Source of the DNA: Candidatus Gastranaerophilales bacterium
GTDB lineage: Bacteria > Cyanobacteriota > Vampirovibrionia > Gastranaerophilales > JANQFW01
Reading direction: 5' to 3'
DNA length: 64,000 nt
Assembly: GCA_028277625.1 (NCBI GenBank)
Contig: JANQFW010000040.1
Span: 3,036 to 67,035 of the forward strand
Shown here: positions 27,975 to 35,545 of the stretch, in pieces
Layout of the letters: each line of letters opens with the position of its first letter
Numbering within the stretch: the stretch's first letter is position 1
The notes under the pieces: generated by a model
Databases searched by the model: none
Seen by the model: the letters and a program-made list of their open reading frames with translations, nothing else
Told to the model about the DNA's origin: nothing
Position numbers and translations under genes: made by a program

Positions 27975-30239
27975 ATGCAAATCTCAAGAATCGGCTATAA
28001 TAACTACAAAAAAACTAGTGCTAACAACAAAGAAAGCAATAAAAAGACAAACTTAGAGAACCTATCCTCATCCAAAGAGATTGCCTTTAATACCAAAGGT
28101 CTATTGGGATTAGGTTCTTTAAATAGAGCTATAGTAAACTTAAGTAATTCTAAGAATAACATCTCATTTAAAGGTACATTCGTAAATAATAGCGAAGAGC
28201 TGCAAAAGATAGATGCAGACAAGATAGGAAGTGAAAACGAGGATATAAAAATAGATGATCATATAAGCGTAAAAAACATAATAGGAGGATATGTTGAAAT
28301 AACAGGCAAGGAGAATAACTTTGCTCAATCAGGTAATATAACAGCCCAAGGCTGTGTGAACTTAACCTATGCTAACTCTGGGAATATTAAATCAGAAAAA
28401 GGTAAAGTAAACATAACAGGTAACAGGCATAACCTTGCCCAAGTAGGCAATATAACAACCCCAAAAAATGTAGATTTAAGCTATGCTCTATCCAAGGATA
28501 TTAAATCTGAAGGTAGGGTCATTTTAACAGACAATAGCACAGCAAATAATATTAATGCAAAAAATGTAACTTTAGCTTATGGGAGTACAGCTGGCAATAT
28601 TGATGCACAAAATAAGGCTTATATATACAAGTCTACTGCCAAAGATATTAGTGCAAAATGTGTAACTTTGGCTAATAAAAGCCATATTAACTCTGTTAAA
28701 GCAGAGAACTATGTAGAAATACTAGATGACAAAAATATTGTCAATGCCAATATAACATTAACCGATAGCGAAAACCCAAGAGTTATTATAGAAGACAAGG
28801 ACGTAAACATTGATGGAAACATTATATTTCCTGAGTACTCTAATGGAAAATTGTTTACTCCTCTTGACTATCCAAAAGACAAGCTATCGGAATTAAATGG
28901 TAAAATTAAAAATGGAGAAATTGAGGCAGGATTAATAAACAATTCAGATCTATTAAAAACAATAGACAGTAATATAGATCAAAAGTATGACATAAACCTG
29001 GAAGGTAATATAAAAGCTCAAGATATAAATGGTAAATCTGTTAATATAAATGGTATTCTTCTTCCCCTTACCATATACAACGATGTATACCAGATTAATT
29101 ATTTAATGCCTTACCCTTGTACGGTAGGTAATATAACTGCCAGTAATGACATTTATTTAGCTATGGCTAAATCTGAAGATATTGAATCAAAAAAAGGTTG
29201 TGTAACTATAGAAGGTTTTAAAGCAAAAAATGACGATCCTAATGCAATTCAAGACAGCATCGAAGTCAAGTCCAAGTCTGGTGATATAACAGCCCAAAAA
29301 GATATTGTAGTGCAACATGCTACTGTAGGTAACATTAAATCAACAGATGGAATTGTAACTTTAAAAAGTCCAAAGAATGAGACAAAAGCTCAAAACGTAG
29401 AAGGTAAAGAGATAGTTATACAAGGGTCTCCAGAATATAGAGTTAGTGTAGGTGACATCACTGCAAAAAATAAGGTTGATTTAGCTAGGACTATATCTGG
29501 GGATATTAGATCAGAACAAGGCAGCGTAACAATAGATGGTTTTGAGTCCACAGCCAAGTCTGGTGATATAACTGCAAAAAATAATATTACAGTGCAAAAT
29601 GCGACTGTAGGGAAGATTAAGTCAATAGATGGAGATGTAACTTTAAAAAGTCAAATAAATAGTGCAAAAGCTAACAATGTAGAGGGAAGAAATGTAATCA
29701 TAAATGGAAACCCTCAACATGCAATTAGTACAGCTAATGTAAAAGCTGAAAATAAAGTTGAATTGAATAATACCAATGCAGATATTGTTAAAGGAGAAAA
29801 AGTGCTTCTCTCAGGTCATAGCAAAGTAAATGCTATCTTTGCTAACAACATAGTCAATGTAACTTCTGGCTCTACTGTAACTGATACAGTAAAGGCTCCT
29901 GAAATTTCTATTGATAGTGATTCTAGCGTAAACTCTATTATAGCTAAAAACAAAGTAGAATTATCAGAAAGTGCCAATATTACTGGCAATATAGAATTAA
30001 ACGACAATAAAAAACCGGTAGTTATTATAAATAGTAATGACGTTAATATTCGCGGAAATATTATATTTTCAGAGGAAAAAGATACCTCTAAAAGCAAATG
30101 TTTCCCTAGTTTAAAGTCACCTAAAGGCACAGTTTATATACCTAAAGATTATCCTAAGGATAAAAAACAAAAACTAAAAGCCAAAATAAAAAATGGAAAA
30201 ATAAAAACTTTAAAAGCAAATGTAGGGAAGATAGAGTAA
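27975..30239 (+). CDS. BH4: beta-helix-repeat family protein, largest member (754 aa), two units
   Basis: 'MQISRIGYNNYKK...ISFKG', an internal cap at about 28749-28930, and the C-terminal cap '...GTVYIPKDYPKDKKQKLKAKIKNGKIKTL'. Confidence 0.85.
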   Translation: MQISRIGYNNYKKTSANNKESNKKTNLENLSSSKEIAFNTKGLLGLGSLNRAIVNLSNSKNNISFKGTFVNNSEELQKIDADKIGSENEDIKIDDHISVKNIIGGYVEITGKENNFAQSGNITAQGCVNLTYANSGNIKSEKGKVNITGNRHNLAQVGNITTPKNVDLSYALSKDIKSEGRVILTDNSTANNINAKNVTLAYGSTAGNIDAQNKAYIYKSTAKDISAKCVTLANKSHINSVKAENYVEILDDKNIVNANITLTDSENPRVIIEDKDVNIDGNIIFPEYSNGKLFTPLDYPKDKLSELNGKIKNGEIEAGLINNSDLLKTIDSNIDQKYDINLEGNIKAQDINGKSVNINGILLPLTIYNDVYQINYLMPYPCTVGNITASNDIYLAMAKSEDIESKKGCVTIEGFKAKNDDPNAIQDSIEVKSKSGDITAQKDIVVQHATVGNIKSTDGIVTLKSPKNETKAQNVEGKEIVIQGSPEYRVSVGDITAKNKVDLARTISGDIRSEQGSVTIDGFESTAKSGDITAKNNITVQNATVGKIKSIDGDVTLKSQINSAKANNVEGRNVIINGNPQHAISTANVKAENKVELNNTNADIVKGEKVLLSGHSKVNAIFANNIVNVTSGSTVTDTVKAPEISIDSDSSVNSIIAKNKVELSESANITGNIELNDNKKPVVIINSNDVNIRGNIIFSEEKDTSKSKCFPSLKSPKGTVYIPKDYPKDKKQKLKAKIKNGKIKTLKANVGKIE

Positions 30240-30241
30240 AT

Positions 30242-31114
30242 ATGCAAATCTTAAGAATCGGCTATAGTAGCTACAAAAGAACTGGTACTAACACTAAAAA
30301 CAACAACCAAAAATTTAAAACTAATGCTGCTTTTAAAGGTAGTAGCATTGATGGATTAGAACTTCCAATACCTCCAAGGTGGCTTAATGATATTGCTCTA
30401 AACTCAGTCACTATAAATTCAGAAACAGCTGTTAAGTTGATAGGCAGAAGAGTAGATAAAATTATATCCAATAGCTCAGTTGCATTAGAGAACAGTAAAG
30501 TTAAAAAACAGATAAAAGCAGGTGGAGACGTAAGCTTATCTAACAATTCAGAGGCGAAAAGTATTGATTCTAAAGGTAATGTTGAAATTAGCTATAATAG
30601 CAAGGTTAACAATATTAGCGCGGTTGAAGGATTGGTAAAATTGAATAACAACTCCCACGCAAAAGCAATTAGCGCCAAAAATGTTGAGTTATTTAGTGGT
30701 AGTACTTGCACAGATAGTATTAGAGCAAGTAATTCAGTAACACTGTACTGGGCATCCAAAGCAAATAAAATTGAAGCTAAAGAAATAACGATATATGGAA
30801 AAGGCTCATATGCGGAAAAATGTACTGCACATGAAAATGCTAAAATTAACGAGGGCGGATCAGCTGAAAATATTAGTGCAGGTAAACTAATAATACTTGG
30901 CAAAGCTAATATTACTGGAAATATAACAATAACAGGCAATGATAGGCCAGTAGTCAGAATCCTCTCTAAGGATACAAACATCGAAGGTGAAATTAAATTC
31001 CAAGAAGATTCAAAGGGCAAAGTCTTTGTCCCCAAAGACATGTCAACAGAAAAAAAAGAAGAACTCAAAAGGAATATTACTAATGGCAAACTTGAAGAAG
31101 TGCCAGTAGCGTAG
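30242..31114 (+). CDS. BH5: beta-helix-repeat family protein, single unit
   Basis: 'MQILRIGYSSYKR...AAFKG' and the cap 'ITITGNDRPVVRILSKDTNIEGEIKFQEDSKGKVFVPKDMSTEKKEELKRNITNGKLEE'. The ATG lies 2 nt after the BH4 stop codon. Confidence 0.85.
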   Translation: MQILRIGYSSYKRTGTNTKNNNQKFKTNAAFKGSSIDGLELPIPPRWLNDIALNSVTINSETAVKLIGRRVDKIISNSSVALENSKVKKQIKAGGDVSLSNNSEAKSIDSKGNVEISYNSKVNNISAVEGLVKLNNNSHAKAISAKNVELFSGSTCTDSIRASNSVTLYWASKANKIEAKEITIYGKGSYAEKCTAHENAKINEGGSAENISAGKLIILGKANITGNITITGNDRPVVRILSKDTNIEGEIKFQEDSKGKVFVPKDMSTEKKEELKRNITNGKLEEVPVA

Positions 31115-31233
31115 CATAATAAAACTTACTCGAACACTAGCAATTATTTTTTTTAGGTGTTTTAAAGCTTTCAACTTGTTAATTAAAAAGTAACATCATA
31201 GTTTAGTTTTCAAAAAGAAAGTAAGGAATAAGT

Positions 31234-31911
31234 ATGAGAATTGCAGGGATAGGTATTAATCCGTTCAAAAAAAACAATAGCATCAGCCAGCAAAAGAACA
31301 ATTTTGCCCCACCTTTTAAAGGTGCTAATTTAAGCCGTGATACATTAACTTTAAGCCATAAAACTAACCAAATTGCATTTGGAGCACAAGATGTAATAGT
31401 ATATAACGGGAAAAAAAACTTAGGTGATATAAAGACCAACGTACCTGTTTATTTAACTAGTTGTGAAGCAGGGGATATTAACTCTAAAAAGATTGTTAAT
31501 TTAGTTAATTGCAATGCTCAGGATATTAAATCCGAAAAGGCTGTTAATCTAAATAATACCACTGCCGGAAAAATTAGTGCAGAATCAACCTCATTACATG
31601 AGCGATCAAAGGTTGTAAGTATAACAGCAAAAAATTCAGTGACATTAGGTAAGGGTTCAATGGTTAAAGACAATATAATATTGAAAGGTCAAAACTCGAC
31701 GGTGCGCATTCTTAGTAACGGTCGAACAGAAGATACAACTGAAGAAGAAAGAGAACCCATGATGATTGGAGGAAAAATTATATTTCCTAAAAACGCCCGT
31801 AACGCAACAGTTGTTCTACCAGAGGATACAACTACTGAAGAGTTCGATAAGTTCAAATCACAAATTGAAAATTGGAAAGTTATTAAAAGACAGCCAACAC
31901 TATCTATTTAG
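31234..31911 (+). CDS. BH6: beta-helix-repeat family protein, shortest and most divergent member
   Basis: 'MRIAGIGINPFKK...PPFKG', repeats 'GDINSKKIVNLVNCNAQDIKSEKAVNLNNTTAGKISAE', and the divergent cap '...IIFPKNARNATVVLPEDTTTEEFDKFKSQIENWKVI'. Confidence 0.8.
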   Translation: MRIAGIGINPFKKNNSISQQKNNFAPPFKGANLSRDTLTLSHKTNQIAFGAQDVIVYNGKKNLGDIKTNVPVYLTSCEAGDINSKKIVNLVNCNAQDIKSEKAVNLNNTTAGKISAESTSLHERSKVVSITAKNSVTLGKGSMVKDNIILKGQNSTVRILSNGRTEDTTEEEREPMMIGGKIIFPKNARNATVVLPEDTTTEEFDKFKSQIENWKVIKRQPTLSI

Positions 31912-32044
31912 TAAAGAAATATTACAAAAATAATATTTTAGCTTTTTATTCATGAAATAAATTTTAAAATCTGTTAAAATATATAATAAATATATAAACA
32001 TTAAGTAATTATATATTTTAATTAAATTGAATAAAGGCTGAAAC

Positions 32045-32515
32045 ATGAAGTCAAATAATTTCTGCAAAACTTTATTAATTATTTTATGGAATATAACAGC
32101 ATTCGTATGCTCAATTATTTCATTTAATAATATTGTAGAAAGCTTAAAGACTTCTTTTTCTTTTTTTACAGGCATGTACAGATTTTTATTTACTGTATAT
32201 AACAATACAAAAAAAATTCTCGTAAATATAAATTTAAAACAAAACCAAAATAAAGCTGATAAAGTATCAGCAAGAACTGAACATATATATAAAAATAAAA
32301 ACTCTGCTACAAACAGAACAAATAACAATAATAATATAATAAACCTAGCATGTAACAATGCTTATTTATTATATACCAAGAGATTAAAGGATGCGCTAGC
32401 CACGCAAATTTTCATTTCAAAGGTGCATTTTATTCGTTTAGAGGATAAGTGTGCCCATTTTTTCCCTTTTGCAGTGCAAAAGTTTCATTATTTAATTTTT
32501 ATTGTTTTAATTTAA
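32045..32515 (+). CDS. Small hypothetical protein (156 aa), paralog of 6484..6954
   Basis: It aligns without gaps over the full length to the partner. The C-terminal 44 aa are nearly identical. Confidence 0.55.
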   Translation: MKSNNFCKTLLIILWNITAFVCSIISFNNIVESLKTSFSFFTGMYRFLFTVYNNTKKILVNINLKQNQNKADKVSARTEHIYKNKNSATNRTNNNNNIINLACNNAYLLYTKRLKDALATQIFISKVHFIRLEDKCAHFFPFAVQKFHYLIFIVLI

Positions 32516-32537
32516 CATACAATTGAATAACCTTTTT

Positions 32538-32612
32538 TTTGCCCCTCTTTAAGGCTAAAAGAGCAAGATTTGTGATGGGAGCTTTTCGCTAGTTGAAAAA
32601 GCTTCCATCTTA
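32538..32612 (+). terminator. Tandem hairpins conserved with 6978..7054
   Basis: The first hairpin 'gcccctctttaaggctaaaagagcaag' is identical to copy A. In the second, 'gggagctttt' pairs with 'aaaagcttcc', and the one substitution makes a G-U pair. Confidence 0.6.
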
Positions 32613-32787
32613 CGTTTTTACAATTTAAATTTTGTAATATTAAATTCCTCCTTAATTCGATTTATGAATGGAGTGTTGGACAATTTAATATTTCTATCGA
32701 GCTAAGTATTATAAAATTGGTCTCGCTTCTTGTCGGCTTCACCGACTCGCTCGACCCAAAAATATAGAGAGGAAAGACTTTTTAAAG

Positions 32788-35445
32788 ATGGAGCTTATTA
32801 TGTTTTATAACAAATCTGTAGAAGAGTTATTTAAACAATTTGAAGTCAACGAAGAAGGGTTAAGCTGGGAAGAAGCGGGGTTAAGGCTAAAAAAATACGG
32901 TAAAAACATAATAACCCAAGAAGACAAGTCTTCCCTGATGTTTCTATTTTTTCATCAAATGAAAGATCCACTTGTTTATATACTACTAATAGCAGCTGTT
33001 TTTACAATAACAATTCATCATTACATAGACACAATGGTAATTTTGCTGGTTGTCTTAATAAACACAGTTATTGGCTTCATTCAAGAATTCAAAGCCGAAA
33101 AAGCCATGCAAGCTATAAAAAAACTAGCCTCCCCAAAAGCAATTGTAATAAGAGAGGGCAAAGAACAAAGAATAGATTCTCAAGACCTGGTTATAGGCGA
33201 TATTATTCTACTAACCGCCGGCAACAAAATACCAGCTGATATACGGATTTTCTCCACAAAAGAACTTGAAATAGATGAATCTATGCTAACAGGAGAATCA
33301 GTATCAATAACAAAGGTCACACACCCCATAGAAGGAAACAATTTACCTTCAGCAGAACAGCTAAACATGGCTTTTATGGGCACAGTAGTAACACAAGGTA
33401 AAGGCAAAGGTGTAGTGGTTGCAACAGGCGAGCACACAGACCTCGGTAAAATTTCAAAAGAAGTTAAAACCACTCAAAAAGACCTAACTCCTCTACAAAA
33501 AAAATTAGCTGTATTTAGTAAATACGTAGGGATAATAACAATAGTTCTCTCTGTAATAGTTGTTATAATTGGTTTATTCAAAAAAATACCACTGAGTGAA
33601 ATAGTTTTATTCTCTATTAGTATGATAGTTTCAGTTATCCCGGAAGGACTGCCAGTTGTAATAACAATAACAATGGCTCTGGGCATCAATCAAATGGCTC
33701 GTAAAAATGCAATCGTAAGAAAGTTAATAGCTGTTGAAACTCTAGGCAGCTGCAACTATATTTGCTCTGATAAAACAGGCACCATAACAGAAAATCAAAT
33801 GACAGTAACCAGTGCCTACGCTAATAATAAAGCTTATTCTTTCAGCGGAAGTGGCTATAGTCCCGAAGGCAGAATTTATCATAATGAAAATGAAGTTAAA
33901 AACGATGCAGACTTGCATAAATTATTAATAACAGGTGTATTATGTAACAGCACAGACTTATTCAGAGAAAATGGCGACTGGAAAATAGACGGAGACCCTA
34001 CAGAAGCAGCCTTAATTGCATCAGCAATGAAATATGGCCTAAATCCAGAATCTTGCAGATGCGAATATGAACTAATAGATGAAATCCCCTTTAACTCAGC
34101 AAGGCAGTTCATGTCAAGTTTATTTAAACACAAAGAAGGCTACTATATTTTTACAAAAGGCAGCCCGGAAAAAATATTGGAATTTTCAAATCAATCAGGC
34201 AATCAGGAACTAATGGATAAATATACAAAATTTGCTGATGGAGGCTTGAGAGTTCTGGGCTTTGGCTTTAAATTCTTACCAAATAACCTAAAAATCAATC
34301 TGCTTGATCTCGAAGCTGAAAGCATTAAAAATTTAACATTTTCCGGCTTCCAATGCATAATAGATCCCCCAAAAGAAAGCGTAACAGAAGCAGTAGAAAA
34401 CACAGCAAACTCTAATATACATACAATAATGCTAACAGGCGACCATAAAATAACAGCACGTGCGATTGCCAAACAAATTGGCCTTCTCAAGCCAGACAAA
34501 ATAGTCATGACCGGCGCAGATATCGATAATAACGAAGATGGGTATTTAGAAAAGCATATTGATGATGTTCAAGTGTTTGCAAGGGTTTCACCTCATCATA
34601 AATTAAAAATTGTTAGCCTATTGCAAAAGAAGCATAATATCGTTGCAGTCACAGGAGACGGAATAAACGATGCCCCTGCGCTTAAAAAAGCAAATATCGG
34701 TGTTGCAATGGGTAAAGCCGGAACCGATGTAGCAAAAGAAGCCTCTGACATTATTTTAAAAGATGACAATTTTTCCTCCATCTACGATGCTGTTATAGTG
34801 GGCCGCACTATTTACGATAACATCCAAAAGGTTATTTTCTTTTTATTAGGCACTGCCTGTGGCATGTCTCTGGTGATTTTATTGTCTTTATTACTTAACT
34901 TACCTTTGCCTTTTTTAGCAACACAGGTATTATGGATTAACTTAGTAACAAATGGCATCCAAGACGTCGCCCTAGCCTACGAACCCGGCGAAAAACTATT
35001 AAAACATGCCGCGCCAAGAGATCCAAAAGAAAATATTATTAATGATTTTTTGCTTAAAAGGCTTGTAGTTGTAGGGCTAGTAATTGGACTTGGAACTTTA
35101 TTTGTATTTTGGTTAATGCTCAACCAAGGGAAATCGTTATTATATGCACGTACAGCAGCAATGAATACAATGGTATTTTTCCAGCTCTTCCAAGTGTGGA
35201 ATGCCAGATCCTTTAATATATCAGTATTTAAGCTTGATGCCTTTTCTAATCCATTTTTGCTTATTAGTTTATTTATCTCGCTATTTGCAGAGATTCTTGC
35301 GCTGAACCTACCGGCATTTCAGTATATTTTTCACACAACTGAATTAGACGCAAATACGTGGGGCATAAATATTCTTGTTGCATCAAGTGTGATTTTATTT
35401 GTAGAGCTTGATAAATACATCAGAACACTACAAGTTAAAAAGTAA
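32788..35445 (+). CDS. P-type cation-transporting ATPase (P2-type, Ca2+-ATPase-like)
   Basis: 885 aa with 'TGES', 'PEGLP', the phosphorylation site 'CSDKTGTITEN', 'MLTGDH' and 'VTGDGINDAPALKKANIGVAMG'. The TM6-like segment 'NLVTNGIQDVALAYEP' resembles the SERCA/PMCA pattern. Confidence 0.9.
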   Translation: MELIMFYNKSVEELFKQFEVNEEGLSWEEAGLRLKKYGKNIITQEDKSSLMFLFFHQMKDPLVYILLIAAVFTITIHHYIDTMVILLVVLINTVIGFIQEFKAEKAMQAIKKLASPKAIVIREGKEQRIDSQDLVIGDIILLTAGNKIPADIRIFSTKELEIDESMLTGESVSITKVTHPIEGNNLPSAEQLNMAFMGTVVTQGKGKGVVVATGEHTDLGKISKEVKTTQKDLTPLQKKLAVFSKYVGIITIVLSVIVVIIGLFKKIPLSEIVLFSISMIVSVIPEGLPVVITITMALGINQMARKNAIVRKLIAVETLGSCNYICSDKTGTITENQMTVTSAYANNKAYSFSGSGYSPEGRIYHNENEVKNDADLHKLLITGVLCNSTDLFRENGDWKIDGDPTEAALIASAMKYGLNPESCRCEYELIDEIPFNSARQFMSSLFKHKEGYYIFTKGSPEKILEFSNQSGNQELMDKYTKFADGGLRVLGFGFKFLPNNLKINLLDLEAESIKNLTFSGFQCIIDPPKESVTEAVENTANSNIHTIMLTGDHKITARAIAKQIGLLKPDKIVMTGADIDNNEDGYLEKHIDDVQVFARVSPHHKLKIVSLLQKKHNIVAVTGDGINDAPALKKANIGVAMGKAGTDVAKEASDIILKDDNFSSIYDAVIVGRTIYDNIQKVIFFLLGTACGMSLVILLSLLLNLPLPFLATQVLWINLVTNGIQDVALAYEPGEKLLKHAAPRDPKENIINDFLLKRLVVVGLVIGLGTLFVFWLMLNQGKSLLYARTAAMNTMVFFQLFQVWNARSFNISVFKLDAFSNPFLLISLFISLFAEILALNLPAFQYIFHTTELDANTWGINILVASSVILFVELDKYIRTLQVKK

Positions 35446-35545
35446 TTATCAATAAAGAAATGTAAACAAAATGGCAAAATCTGTTTAAAAGATTTAAAAA
35501 TGTGGAATATATAATATATAAGGAACGCATACAAGGAGATAAAAT

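Larger units (their letters stand above)
31921..32612 (+). repeat. Copy B of the ~690-bp direct repeat (partner 6364..7054)
   Basis: See copy A. It has the same orientation and lies about 25.5 kb away. Confidence 0.8.

Noticed and set aside
7055-31920. The 25-kb segment bracketed by the direct repeats as a genomic island or composite mobile element.
   Set aside because: The segment contains core genes (coaX, rplY, rfbABD). It has no integrase, transposase or tRNA boundary, and I saw no obvious compositional shift by eye.
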